Notes under the pieces: model-generated
Told to the model about the DNA's origin: nothing
Seen by the model: only the letters and a program-made list of their open reading frames with translations
Databases searched by the model: none
Program-made: the position numbers and the translations under genes
Shown: piece by piece, positions 10,209 through 20,156 of the stretch
Layout: each line of letters opens with the position of its first letter
Position numbering within the stretch: the first letter of the stretch is position 1
NCBI GenBank assembly: GCA_948469315.1
Contig: CAOKLQ010000004.1
Coordinates: 3,517-67,516, forward strand
Length of the DNA stretch: 64,000 nucleotides
DNA from: an uncultured Clostridium sp.
GTDB taxonomy: Bacteria; Bacillota; Clostridia; TANB77; CAG-508
Reading direction: 5' to 3'

Positions 10209-10769
10209 TTATGTAATATCATTTTCCTTTACATTTAAAGCATTTGATATAACTTCAATTTTTTTCCCAGAATTGTATGTAATTAAAACATGTACAAAAT
10301 ATATTTTATTACTTTCTATATTTGTTGTAATTGTTCCTAAAATAGTGTCTTCATCTCCAAAAATTATCTCATTTACATTTGCTTGCTCCCATTTATCTGA
10401 ATTAGTACCTATATTCTTTTTAGTATTATTAATTATATATTTGCAGTTACTAATATCTTGATTTTTTATTTCTACACTGGCTTTTGCTTCAAAATTATCC
10501 TCTGCACTTTTTACTATATCTTTATTTTGCCATTTTATATTTGCAATATCTGTATAATTACTTTTGCTATATTGTTCTTGCTTTTCATTATATATTTCAT
10601 TTACTAAATTTACATCTTTTTGATAATGCTCTATCAAACTTAAATCTGCTGTTTTTTGAGCTTTTCTTGCATTACTGCTAGATACAAATATTCCCATTAA
10701 TATTATTACAAAAAACAGCATAACTGTAAGAGTAAATACAGTTATAGAACCCTTCTCACTTTTTAACAT
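10209..10769 (-). CDS. Hypothetical membrane-anchored protein
   Basis: 186-aa ORF. The N-terminal KGSITVFTLTVMLFFVIILMGIF resembles a Tad/pseudopilin-type signal anchor; the rest has no recognisable motif. Confidence 0.5.
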   Translation of the reverse strand: MLKSEKGSITVFTLTVMLFFVIILMGIFVSSSNARKAQKTADLSLIEHYQKDVNLVNEIYNEKQEQYSKSNYTDIANIKWQNKDIVKSAEDNFEAKASVEIKNQDISNCKYIINNTKKNIGTNSDKWEQANVNEIIFGDEDTILGTITTNIESNKIYFVHVLITYNSGKKIEVISNALNVKENDIT

Positions 10770-10835
10770 ATATTTTCCTCCATTTGCTTTAAATTATTAT
10801 ACTATATTTATAAATTATTTCAAGATTTTTTAAGG

Positions 10836-10979
10836 AAAAAGCGAATTTTAAAATTTCTAAGTGGTAGTAACCACAAAGAAATTTTAGCAATTCTCATAAT
10901 TATCTTCTACCAAAATTTCTCATTTCTTATGAAAAATTTTCTAGAATATAAAAAAGGTGTAGCAAATGCCACACCTTTT
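10836..10979. repeat. Structured intergenic element, family B copy 1 (candidate small RNA)
   Basis: Shares blocks CTAAGYGRTAGTAA, CATAATTNTCTTCTAC, AAATTTCTCAT...ATGARAAATTT and CTAGAATATAAAAAAG with 32446-32600. It ends in the hairpin GGTGTAGC...GCCACACC. Confidence 0.55.
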
Positions 10980-10992
10980 AGAATCGGATTTT

Positions 10993-11268
10993 TTACTTCT
11001 TATTTTTTAAAACTTTCTTACATGCATCTATTATTAACATAATTACTGCACGTACTCCCATAACTGCCATTGCAAATATAATTGCAACTGCTATAAGACC
11101 AATTCCTATTGCTACTCCTCCTCCAATTGCAAGAAATATATTGTATTTTGTTACTATAGCATAAACTATAGCCCATAATACACATATACCTATTACTGCA
11201 AATAGCTGTTTCATAGGAGTTTCATCAATTCCAGTTAACCAAATAAAGTTTTTTATCCGTTTCATCAT
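10993..11268 (-). CDS. Small hydrophobic membrane protein
   Basis: 91-aa ORF with two long hydrophobic stretches. It contains an in-frame CGG at codon 4. Confidence 0.45.
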   Translation of the reverse strand: MMKRIKNFIWLTGIDETPMKQLFAVIGICVLWAIVYAIVTKYNIFLAIGGGVAIGIGLIAVAIIFAMAVMGVRAVIMLIIDACKKVLKNKK

Positions 11269-11510
11269 TTTCTTTTCCTCCCTTTTAATGTTAATTTTTT
11301 TATTGTTACTAAAGAAATTTTCCTTTGCACTATTTAAGTGTTTAAGAATAATTCTAATTTCCTTATGTTTCTATTATAACATATAATTTACATAATTTTC
11401 AAGTTAATTGCTAAAAATTATTGTAATATTATGTAAAACATGTTATACTAATATCATTATTAATTACATATTAAAAACATACAATAATATTATTACAAGG
11501 AGGAATTTAT

Positions 11511-12449
11511 ATGGGAATCACAATTCGGGAATTTGAAGTAGCAATGGAAACTTATGGAGCTGAAAGGTTAAATGACTTCTCGGGCTCTAGATATCCTGTT
11601 TCAGTACCATGTTTTTATGTTGCAGGTATTACTTTTTATCACTCTGGTTCATATTATATTGTTCAAATGGGAAAAAAAGTATCAAAAGAAATTATGGATA
11701 AAGCTATGGCTGAATTTGGAGAAAAGCACCCAGGAGGAGATAACTTCTGGTGGGGTGAAACACATTCAATCAGAGGAATACTTACGCTAGCAGCAATGCT
11801 TGATGGTAAGTACAGCAAAGAATTTATTGGCGATATGACAAATAAAACTTATAAAAAATTGCTTGATTGTCCATCAATTAAAACTAATGCTGAATTTCCT
11901 TTTCACAGTGTACATTCTCCGAAAATGGAAAAACTTTACAAGTTGCTTGCTGAATATAGCAACATTGTAAATTCTTTTGGTAATAGTGAGCTTAAATTCA
12001 AAGAACCAACAGAGTATTTAGATACTGTAGATGTTAGCTTAGCCTTTAAGAAAGACCTTTATACACGGCTAAATTTATCTACTAATTCATGTCAAACAAA
12101 CTTTAATAATGATAAAGATGGTTGGCACTATAATACTGCAGTATCAATTCAAAAGAATCATAAAAATGGCTCTATCCATATGGGACATTATTATACTAAT
12201 GGAAATGATAATCGTCCTATTGATGAAGTTGTTCACCTTTCTTATTACGTTAAAACCAACAGCTATAATTCTCATCCTGATGATATTGACTTACGAATCA
12301 GCTTAAAAACTGGGCTTGCTTGGCAAACTTCCAAAGAAGAGGAGGCAAAACTTGCAAGTGATGAGCAAATAGAAATTATGATTACTCATTTACAAATTTC
12401 TATTAAGAAAATAAAAAATAGAATTATTCGCAATATGATTACAAAATAA
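11511..12449 (+). CDS. Hypothetical protein
   Basis: 312-aa ORF with SD AAGGAGGA upstream and a terminator at 12486-12520. No motif recognised. Two in-frame CGG codons (11526, 12066). Confidence 0.6.
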   Translation: MGITIREFEVAMETYGAERLNDFSGSRYPVSVPCFYVAGITFYHSGSYYIVQMGKKVSKEIMDKAMAEFGEKHPGGDNFWWGETHSIRGILTLAAMLDGKYSKEFIGDMTNKTYKKLLDCPSIKTNAEFPFHSVHSPKMEKLYKLLAEYSNIVNSFGNSELKFKEPTEYLDTVDVSLAFKKDLYTRLNLSTNSCQTNFNNDKDGWHYNTAVSIQKNHKNGSIHMGHYYTNGNDNRPIDEVVHLSYYVKTNSYNSHPDDIDLRISLKTGLAWQTSKEEEAKLASDEQIEIMITHLQISIKKIKNRIIRNMITK

Positions 12450-12485
12450 TAAAATTAACTTTATTTTCTAAAAGTATGTATTTTT

Positions 12486-12520
12486 CACACAGTTTCAAAT
12501 TAGAAACTGTGTGATTTTTT
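12486..12520 (+). terminator. Rho-independent terminator
   Basis: Hairpin CACACAGTTTC-aaatta-GAAACTGTGTG followed by ATTTTTTG. Confidence 0.7.
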
Positions 12521-12668
12521 GTAGTAAAATTTATTAAATTATAAATATACTTTTTTAAGTTAATTCCTTATATTTATTCTTGACATTAATATTTTAAGAG
12601 CATATAATTTAAACAAATTTTATATACTAAATTAAATAGTTTTTTACCTAAGGAGGTATATATTTTAA

Positions 12669-13247
12669 ATGAAAGATTTAATTGAAATTAGGTGGCATGG
12701 TAGAGGTGGCCAAGGTGCTAAAACAGCTTCGCTTTTACTTGCAGATGCTGCTTTTAATACAGGCAAATATATTCAAGGATTTCCTGAATATGGACCTGAA
12801 AGAATGGGAGCGCCAATTACTGCTTATAATAGAATTTCAAACAATCCAATTACTATACATAGTAATATTTACGAACCAGATTATGTAGCTGTTGTAGACG
12901 ATAGCTTACTTGAAGCTATTAATGTAACCGAAGGCTTAAACTCTAAAGGTGCTATTATTATAAATACTACAAAAGATTCAAGTAAATTAAAAGAACTTTT
13001 AAAAGGTTATAGTGGAAATATTTATACTATAGATGCAAGGAAAATTTCAATAGAAGCTTTAGGAAATTATTTTCCAAATACTCCAATGCTTGCAGCAATA
13101 GTAAAAGTAGCAAGTATTATGTCTGATGAAAATTTTATTTCTGATATGGAAAATTCTTTTAAACATAAATTTGCTAAAAAACCTGAAGTTATTGAAGGAA
13201 ACATTAAAGCAATAAAAATTGCCTTAAAAGAAGTTCATAAAATTTAA
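12669..13247 (+). CDS. porC: 2-oxoacid (pyruvate):ferredoxin oxidoreductase gamma subunit
   Basis: 192-aa ORF with the typical IRWHGRGGQGAKTASLLLA start, first gene of a gamma-delta-alpha-beta cluster. Confidence 0.9.
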   Translation: MKDLIEIRWHGRGGQGAKTASLLLADAAFNTGKYIQGFPEYGPERMGAPITAYNRISNNPITIHSNIYEPDYVAVVDDSLLEAINVTEGLNSKGAIIINTTKDSSKLKELLKGYSGNIYTIDARKISIEALGNYFPNTPMLAAIVKVASIMSDENFISDMENSFKHKFAKKPEVIEGNIKAIKIALKEVHKI

Positions 13248-13333
13248 AATTCTTTTAACATACTTTATTAAAAATATAATTTAAATCAAAAAGCATAAAC
13301 AAATATTAACTCATTTAAAGGAAGTGAAATTTA

Positions 13334-13619
13334 ATGACTAATATAAATAAAAGTTCTTCAATGGAAGAACTTACAATCCGGTGGAAATATATATGATGCA
13401 GGAAATGCAAAAGAATTTAAAACAGGAGATTGGAGAAGTATTTATCCTAAATTTATATCCGAAAAATGCAAACAATGTGGACTATGTTTTCCAGTCTGCC
13501 CTGAAAATGCAATACCAGTAAACAAAGATTGCAAAAGAGAAGATTTTAATTACGATTATTGCAAAGGATGCGGAGTATGTGCAAAAGTATGCCCATTTGG
13601 TGCAATTGAAATGCATTAA
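13334..13619 (+). CDS. porD: 2-oxoacid:ferredoxin oxidoreductase delta subunit (2x[4Fe-4S] ferredoxin); needs a +1 shift at CGG 13379-13381
   Basis: The 0 frame stops after MTNINKSSSMEELTIRWKYI. Skipping one C in ATC-CGG-T gives ...TIGGNIYDAGNAKEFKTGDWRS...CKQCGLCFPVCPENAI...CKGCGVCAKVCPFGAIEMH. Confidence 0.8.
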
Positions 13620-13642
13620 ACTTATTAGAAATAGAATATTAT

Positions 13643-13830
13643 AACTTGCGAGCTGTTTGTGGGTGACCAATGAGCATTGTTAAAGCGAAGCTTGTTACAA
13701 TGCCATAGGGGAGGAGCGAGCAAGAACAAAAATAAAATTTATAAATAAACCCTTTGAAAGATTCTTAAGAAACCGTAGGTGTCTTAAGCAGGATGGGATT
13801 AAAAGGTAAGGGCAGAGCCCTTGGCCTTTT
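13643..13830 (-). repeat. ~186-bp structured repeat, family A copy 1 (inverted relative to copies 2-4)
   Basis: Reverse complement aligns end to end with 17231-17417. It lies between porD and porA. Confidence 0.9.
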
Positions 13831-13869
13831 AAAATAATAAAATTATATAAATAAGAAAGGATAAAAATA

Positions 13870-15051
13870 ATGCAAATTAGAGAACGTTTAAGTGGAAACG
13901 AAGCAGTAGCTATAGCTATGAAACAAATAAATCCAGATGTTGTTGCAGCATTTCCTATTACCCCTTCAACAGAAATACCACAATATTTTTCAACATTTGT
14001 TGCAAATGGAGATGTAGATACTGAATTTGTAGCAGTTGAAAGTGAGCACAGTGCCATGAGTGCTTGTATAGGAGCTCAAAGTGCTGGTGCAAGAGCTATG
14101 ACAGCGACATCTGCAAATGGTCTATCTTATATGTGGGAGATGATTTATATAGCATCTTCTTTAAGACTTCCTATTGTTATGTCTTTAGTAAATAGAGCTG
14201 TATCAGGTCCTTTAAATATACACAATGACCATTCAGATGCAATGGGAGTTCGTGATAGTGGTTGGATTATGCTATTTTCTGAAAACAATCAAGAAGCATA
14301 TGATAATACAATCATGGCTCATAGAATTGCTGAACATGAAAGTGTGTTATTGCCATTAATGGTATGTCAAGATGGTTTTATAACATCACATTCTATTGAA
14401 AATATTGAACTTTTAGATGATGAAACTGTAAAAAATTTCGTAGGAGAATATAAACCTACTCATTATCTATTAAATAAAAATGAGCCTATGGCAATAGGTC
14501 CACTTGACTTACAAGGATTTTTATTTGAACATAAAGCACAACAAGCTAAGGCTATGGAAAATGCAAAACAAGTAATTTTGGATGTTGCAAAAGATTTTGA
14601 AAAAATTACTGGAAGAAAATATTCTTTTTTTGAAGAATACAAGTTAGAAGACGCAGATATTGCAATAGTATGTATGAATTCAACTGCTGGAACAACAAAA
14701 TTTGTTGTAGATAATCTTAGGCAAAAAGGAATAAAAGCAGGTGTACTCAAAGTACGTATGTTTAGGCCATTTCCTGCAAAAGAAATTGCAAAAAGCCTAT
14801 CTCATTTAAAAGCAGTTGCTGTTTTAGATAAATCAGATTCTTTAAATGCTACAGGAGGCGCATTATTCGAAGATGTAACATCTGCTATGTATGTAAATAA
14901 TGCCCAAGTTCCAGTTGTAAATTACATTTATGGAATTGGTGGTAGAGATGTATCTACCAAAGATATTGAATCTGTTTATTTAAGTTTAGAAAAAATTGTA
15001 AAAGACAAAAACGCCGATAATCCATATAGATATTTAGGATTAAGAAAATAA
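13870..15051 (+). CDS. porA: 2-oxoacid:ferredoxin oxidoreductase alpha subunit
   Basis: 393-aa ORF with a typical POR/VOR alpha N-terminus (LSGNEAVAIAMKQINPDVVAAFPITPSTE). Confidence 0.9.
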   Translation: MQIRERLSGNEAVAIAMKQINPDVVAAFPITPSTEIPQYFSTFVANGDVDTEFVAVESEHSAMSACIGAQSAGARAMTATSANGLSYMWEMIYIASSLRLPIVMSLVNRAVSGPLNIHNDHSDAMGVRDSGWIMLFSENNQEAYDNTIMAHRIAEHESVLLPLMVCQDGFITSHSIENIELLDDETVKNFVGEYKPTHYLLNKNEPMAIGPLDLQGFLFEHKAQQAKAMENAKQVILDVAKDFEKITGRKYSFFEEYKLEDADIAIVCMNSTAGTTKFVVDNLRQKGIKAGVLKVRMFRPFPAKEIAKSLSHLKAVAVLDKSDSLNATGGALFEDVTSAMYVNNAQVPVVNYIYGIGGRDVSTKDIESVYLSLEKIVKDKNADNPYRYLGLRK

Positions 15052-15296
15052 ATTAAATATTACATAAAATAATAAATTAATCTAAAATTTAATCTTAATT
15101 ATCATACTATCTACATTATGTTTGAAAATACCTAAATATATATTTTTTTAGATATTCAAATCAAAAGCAAGTAATACAAAGCAATCAAGAAAAAAATTTT
15201 GAAATAATACATTTTGTATATTGAGAAATTTTTTTCGAAGATTAACGCAGTAATACGAAGCTTTTCATTTGAATTTAATGAAAGGAGAAAAAAACA

Positions 15297-16247
15297 ATGC
15301 CATATAATGTAAAAGAAATAGTTGCAAATAAACCTTCTAGGTTTACCGAAGGTCATAGAATGTGTGCTGGCTGTGGTGCTCCACCAATTGCTAGAATGGT
15401 ATTAAGAGCATTAAAAGAAGATGACCATGCAGTTATATCATGTGCAACAGGTTGTATGGAAGTTTCAACATTTATTTATCCATACACAGCATGGACAGAT
15501 TCTTTTATACATACAGCATTTGAAAGTACAGCGTCCGCCTTATCTGGCGCTGAAGCTGCATATAAATCATTAAAAAAGCAAGGAAAACTACCTAAGCAAA
15601 ATACTACAAAATTTATTGCCTTTGGTGGAGATGGAGGAACTTATGATATAGGACTTCAAAGCCTATCTGGTGCAATGGAAAGAAGGCATGATTTAACATA
15701 TGTATGTTATGACAATGGAGCATATATGAATACAGGAATTCAACGTTCATCTGCAACACCAAAATTTGCAGACACAACAACCTCGCCAGCAGGAAAAGTT
15801 ATACCTGGAAAAATGCAAACAAGAAAAGATTTAACCCAAATAATGTGTTCACATCATCTTCCATATATAGCCCAAACACTTGCAATGATGAATTTTAAAG
15901 ACTTATATGAAAAATCCGAAAAAGCAATTTATACAAAAGGTCCAACATTTTTAAATGTAATGAGCCCATGTCCACGTGGTTGGGGATATCCTACAGATGA
16001 GCTAATGGTTATCAACAAATTAGCAGCAGACACATGCTATTGGCCTTTATATGAAGTAGAAAATGGTATTTATAAAATAACATACAAACCAGCAAAAAAA
16101 CTTCCAATAGAAGAGTTTTTAAGACCACAAAAAAGATTTAAGCATATGTTTAAACAAGGTAATGAATGGATGATAGAGGAATTTCAAAAAGAGGTTGATA
16201 AAAGATGGGAAGAATTGCTTAAGTTAGAAGAAATGACAAATTTTTAA
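15297..16247 (+). CDS. porB: 2-oxoacid:ferredoxin oxidoreductase beta subunit (TPP-binding)
   Basis: 316-aa ORF with CAGCG near the N-terminus and a GGDGGTYDIG thiamine-diphosphate motif. Confidence 0.9.
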   Translation: MPYNVKEIVANKPSRFTEGHRMCAGCGAPPIARMVLRALKEDDHAVISCATGCMEVSTFIYPYTAWTDSFIHTAFESTASALSGAEAAYKSLKKQGKLPKQNTTKFIAFGGDGGTYDIGLQSLSGAMERRHDLTYVCYDNGAYMNTGIQRSSATPKFADTTTSPAGKVIPGKMQTRKDLTQIMCSHHLPYIAQTLAMMNFKDLYEKSEKAIYTKGPTFLNVMSPCPRGWGYPTDELMVINKLAADTCYWPLYEVENGIYKITYKPAKKLPIEEFLRPQKRFKHMFKQGNEWMIEEFQKEVDKRWEELLKLEEMTNF

Positions 16248-16432
16248 AAGGCCAAGGGCTCTGCCCTTACCTTTTAATCCCATCCCGCTTAAGACACCTT
16301 TGGTTTCTTAAGAATCTTTCAAAGGGATTATATATAAATTTTATTATCGTTCTTGCTCGCTCCTCCCCTATGGCATTGTAACAAGCTTCGCTTTAACAAT
16401 GCTCATTGGTCCCCACAAACAGCTCGCAAGTT
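16247..16432 (+). repeat. Family A repeat copy 2
   Basis: Starts at the porB stop codon with hairpin AAAAGGCCAAGGGC-TCT-GCCCTTACCTTTT and ends ...CAGCTCGCAAGTT. Confidence 0.9.
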
Positions 16433-16467
16433 ATGATTTTTATAAATATATATATAATATCTGTTTT

Positions 16468-17211
16468 TTATTTTTTCCTTTCTTGCATTTTATAAACAAA
16501 TTTTGTTGTTATATTATTCGGGCTTATTTTACTAATTACTCTTAAAAATTTTATTGTTATTCCAGGTGTTATTATAAATTTATTTTTTAGCATTTTTCTT
16601 ACTGCATATTTTGCAACATACTGGCTAGAAAGTGAGTGTAGATTAAATTTTACATCTGCTACATTATTAAAATTAGTATTTACTGGACCTGGGCATAGTA
16701 CACTTATTTTTACTTTAGATTTATCTTTTCTTAATTCTTCTCTTACCGCTTCTGATAGTCTTAACACATATGCTTTTGAAGAATAATATGTAGCCATTAG
16801 TGGCCCTGGCATAAATGCTGCAATTGATGATACATTTAATATATGTCCTGCATTTTTCTCTTTCATATCTCTCAAATATAATTTTGTCAATATATGAACT
16901 GCTGTAATATTTGTGTTTATCAAATTAATTTCTTTATCTAAATCAGTTTTTGTAAATTTACCAAATGTACCAAAACCTGCATTATTAATTAATATATCAA
17001 CATCTCTAACTTGATTATATAAACTTCTGCAATTTTCTGGATTACTTAAATCCATTGCAATTACTTCTACATTTGTTTTAATTTCTTCTTTTAATTTTAA
17101 TAATTTTTGCTCATTTCTTGCAACTATTACTAAATCATATCCCTTTTTAGCAAGCACTCTTGCCATATCTCTTCCTATTCCAGAAGATGCACCTGTAATT
17201 AATGCTTTCAT
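16468..17211 (-). CDS. SDR family short-chain dehydrogenase/reductase
   Basis: 247-aa ORF with TGASSGIG cofactor motif and YSSSKAY (YxxxK) catalytic motif. Confidence 0.9.
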   Translation of the reverse strand: MKALITGASSGIGRDMARVLAKKGYDLVIVARNEQKLLKLKEEIKTNVEVIAMDLSNPENCRSLYNQVRDVDILINNAGFGTFGKFTKTDLDKEINLINTNITAVHILTKLYLRDMKEKNAGHILNVSSIAAFMPGPLMATYYSSKAYVLRLSEAVREELRKDKSKVKISVLCPGPVNTNFNNVADVKFNLHSLSSQYVAKYAVRKMLKNKFIITPGITIKFLRVISKISPNNITTKFVYKMQERKK

Positions 17212-17230
17212 AAATTCTCCTTTTATTTCT

Positions 17231-17417
17231 AAAGGCCAAGGGCTCTGCCCTTACCTTTTAATCCCATCCCGCTTAAGACACCTTTGGTTTCTTAAGAATC
17301 TTTCAAAGGGATTATATATAAATTTTATTATCGTTCTTGCTCGCTCCTCCCCTATGGCATTGTAACAAGCTTCGCTTTAACAATGCTCATTGGTCACCCA
17401 CAAACAGCTCGCAAGTT
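17231..17417 (+). repeat. Family A repeat copy 3
   Basis: Near-identical to copy 2. It sits between the SDR start and the cadA 3' end. Confidence 0.9.
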
Positions 17418-17509
17418 TTAATTTTTATAATATATAATATCTTTTTTATTTTTTTTGAAATTATTTTATTTGTATAAAATTAAGTAATGGTTTCTTTTTG
17501 GGCAAGCAT

Positions 17510-17722
17510 TTATTTTAAGATTCTCAATGTATTAAATATAGTAATCAATGTAACACCCACATCTGCAAAAACAGCTTCCCACATATCTGATATACCTAAA
17601 ACTGCAAGTAACAATACTAATATTTTTACTCCTATTGAAAATATTAGATTTTGCTTTATTATCCTATTTGTTTTTTTAGAAATCTTAATTGCTGTATAAA
17701 TTTTGCTTATTTCATCTGTCAT
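17510..17722 (-). CDS. cadA: C-terminal fragment of heavy-metal P1B-type ATPase; joined to 17712..19289 by a +1 shift at CGG 17760-17762
   Basis: 70-aa ORF (MTDEISKIYTAIKISKKTNRIIKQNL...). Skipping a C in CTT-CGG-T restores GISMGGLGSSSAIEASDVVIMTDEISK. Confidence 0.75.
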   Translation of the reverse strand: MTDEISKIYTAIKISKKTNRIIKQNLIFSIGVKILVLLLAVLGISDMWEAVFADVGVTLITIFNTLRILK

Positions 17723-19289
17723 TATTACAACATCTGAGGCTTCTATTGCTGAGCTTGAACCGAAGTCCTCCCATAGAAATTCCTATATCTGCTCTTGCAA
17801 TTGATGGGCTATCATTTATTCCATCTCCTATAAATGCAATTTTATAATTTTCATTATTTTTATTTTGTTTTAAATCTTCTTCTAACTGGCTAAATTTATC
17901 CTGTGGAAGCATCCCAGCTTTAAATTCATCTATTTCAACTTTATTTGCTACTTCTTTTGCAACTTCATATCTATCTCCTGTAAACATTTTTGTTTTTATT
18001 CCTAAACTCTTAAGTTTTTGCAAGCTCTGTTTTGTATTTTTCTTTATTTCATCTTTTAAAACAATTTCTCCTTCTATTTTTTCATCTATAGACAAATATA
18101 ATACTGTTCCAACTTCACTCACATCATCTTGTGCTTTTGTATAGTCTTTATTTCCTATTTTTATATTTTTTCCTTCAAAATTATATTTTATCCCTTTGCC
18201 AGAAATCTCTTCTAAATTTTCTACTTTACTGCTATCTATGTTAGTATTTTTATATTCTAATATAGATTTTGCAATTGGGTGATTTGAAAAACTTTCTCCC
18301 ATTACAAAATATTTATATACTTCATCTTGGCTTAAATCACCATATGAAATTATTTTCTCTACTTTAAAATTTCCTGTTGTTATTGTTCCTGTTTTATCAA
18401 AAATAATTTGCCTTATTTGTCTTATTCCATCTAAATAGTCGCTACCTTTTATTAAAATTCCTTCTTTAGATGCCTTTCCAATTCCAGAAAAAAAGCTAAG
18501 TGGAACTGAAATTGCAATTGAACATGGACACGAAATTACTAAAAATATTAATGCTTTATAAATACTTTGGCTAAAACTTACATTTTTTATTACAAGTGGC
18601 ATAAATATTGCAACAATTGCTGCAAGCGCTATTACTATTGGAGTATATATTTTGGCTGCTTTTGAGACAAAGTTTTCTGTTTTTGCTTTCCTATTAGTTG
18701 CAGTTTCTACTAATTCTAAAATTTTATTTACAGTTGAATTACTATATATTTGTGTTACTTCTAATTCTATTAAACCATCTACATTTATGCTTCCAGATAA
18801 AACATTATCTCCTATTTTTACTTCTTCTAATTTAGACTCTCCTGTTAAAGCAGATGTATTTAAAAGCCCTTCTCCTTTTACAATAGTTCCATCTAAAGGA
18901 ATTTTCTCACCTGCTTTTACAATAATTATATCTCCTATCTTCACATCTTCTGGATTTACCTTTTTGTATTCATTTGCTTGTTTTAAATTTGCATATTCTG
19001 GTTTTATATCCATTAATTTTTTAATAGATTTCCTACTTTTTCCAACTGCTTTTGCTTCTAAAAACTCTCCAATCTCATATAAAATAATTACCATTAGGCC
19101 TTCTGACTCTTTTCCAACTAAATATGCACCTATACAAGATATTGTAATTAACATACTTTCATCTAAAACTCTATTTTTAATTAATTGTTTTATAGCTTTT
19201 TTGACTGTTTTAAATAATAAAACTACATAACTTACTATTATAAAAAATTTAGAAACTAATTCATTTTGAAAAACTCCCAAAAATCCCAT
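17712..19289 (-). CDS. cadA: Heavy-metal translocating P1B-type ATPase, core part
   Basis: 525-aa ORF with the CPC motif (VISCPCSIAIS), DKTGTIT and GDGINDSP. Confidence 0.85.
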   Translation of the reverse strand: MGFLGVFQNELVSKFFIIVSYVVLLFKTVKKAIKQLIKNRVLDESMLITISCIGAYLVGKESEGLMVIILYEIGEFLEAKAVGKSRKSIKKLMDIKPEYANLKQANEYKKVNPEDVKIGDIIIVKAGEKIPLDGTIVKGEGLLNTSALTGESKLEEVKIGDNVLSGSINVDGLIELEVTQIYSNSTVNKILELVETATNRKAKTENFVSKAAKIYTPIVIALAAIVAIFMPLVIKNVSFSQSIYKALIFLVISCPCSIAISVPLSFFSGIGKASKEGILIKGSDYLDGIRQIRQIIFDKTGTITTGNFKVEKIISYGDLSQDEVYKYFVMGESFSNHPIAKSILEYKNTNIDSSKVENLEEISGKGIKYNFEGKNIKIGNKDYTKAQDDVSEVGTVLYLSIDEKIEGEIVLKDEIKKNTKQSLQKLKSLGIKTKMFTGDRYEVAKEVANKVEIDEFKAGMLPQDKFSQLEEDLKQNKNNENYKIAFIGDGINDSPSIARADIGISMGGLRFKLSNRSLRCCNNDR

Positions 19290-19329
19290 TATAGCTATAA
19301 AAATACCTAAAACTAATCTAATAAATTCT

Positions 19330-19599
19330 CTATTTTGCTTTTTTGTATCTTCCCTGCCGATCTTGATTTGCAGTTTGTTCTTCTAAAATCTCAGTCTCTG
19401 GCTCTATTTTAGATACAATTTTCTTAATTTGCTTTAATGGCTCTTTTTCTTCAGTTTCAAATGTTAATTTTAATGTTGAGTAATTTAATACTACATTATT
19501 ATAACCTTGTGTACTTGCAATTTTATCTTCTATTTTTTTAGCACAATTTGCACAATCTAAATTTTTTACATCATATCTATACTTCTTCAATATGTTCAC
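19330..19599 (-). CDS. cadA: N-terminal heavy-metal-associated (HMA) domain of the same ATPase; joined by a +1 shift at CGG 19357-19359
   Basis: 89-aa ORF with the CxxC motif (LDCANCAKKIEDKI). Skipping a C in GAT-CGG-C reads ...QDGREDTKKQNREFIRLVLGIFIAIMGFLG into the core ORF. Confidence 0.75.
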   Translation of the reverse strand: MNILKKYRYDVKNLDCANCAKKIEDKIASTQGYNNVVLNYSTLKLTFETEEKEPLKQIKKIVSKIEPETEILEEQTANQDRQGRYKKAK

Positions 19600-19936
19600 G
19601 ACCTTTCATTACAATTTCGTTTACATGTTCATCATCTAAACTGTAATATACCACTTTTCCTTCTTTTCTATATTTTACAAGTTTTGCTTGTTTTAGTACT
19701 CTTAATTGATGAGAAATAGCACTTTGTGTTGTATTTGTTATAAATGCAATTTCTCCAACACATAACTCTTTTTCTTTAAGTGCACATATTATTTTCATTC
19801 TAGTTGAATCTGCAAATACTTTAAATAGCTCTGCTAAATCAAATATTTCTTCATCATTTATTATATTTTCTCTTACTTTATTTACTATATCTATTCTAAT
19901 AATATTTTGTTCCTGATTTTCATTTATTTCTTCCAT
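19577..19936 (-). CDS. ArsR/SmtB family metalloregulator (CadC-like)
   Basis: Contains ELCVGEIAFITNTTQSAISHQLRVLKQAKLVKYRKEGKVVYYSL. Start moved to ATG 19936, which follows the SD AAGGAG. The 3' end overlaps the cadA start. Confidence 0.85.
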   Translation of the reverse strand: MEEINENQEQNIIRIDIVNKVRENIINDEEIFDLAELFKVFADSTRMKIICALKEKELCVGEIAFITNTTQSAISHQLRVLKQAKLVKYRKEGKVVYYSLDDEHVNEIVMKGREHIEEV

Positions 19937-20156
19937 TTTGTTCTCCTTATTTTTATATTTGAACAATTATTCATATGTTCATTTATATTATATGTTTTAA
20001 ATTTTATTTTGTCAATATGTTTTTAGAATTAGTAAAATTTTTACAATTTAGTAGACATATTTGTAAAATTATGTTAATATAGAAGATAGTTTAGGTTGAT
20101 AGCCTATTGTAATAGTTGTTTAATATCTTAATTTTAATTAAAAGGAGGTTTTTATT

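Noticed and set aside
13482-14057. Minus-strand ORFs 13482..13670 and 13695..14057
   Set aside because: The first is antisense to the clearly conserved porD ferredoxin. The second runs through family A repeat copy 1 and the 5' end of porA. Neither has any independent support.
15052-15296. ORF 15156..15356 in the porA-porB spacer
   Set aside because: A 66-aa minus-strand ORF that overlaps the porB start. It is hydrophobic and low-complexity, has no SD, and is most likely noise in an unusually long spacer.
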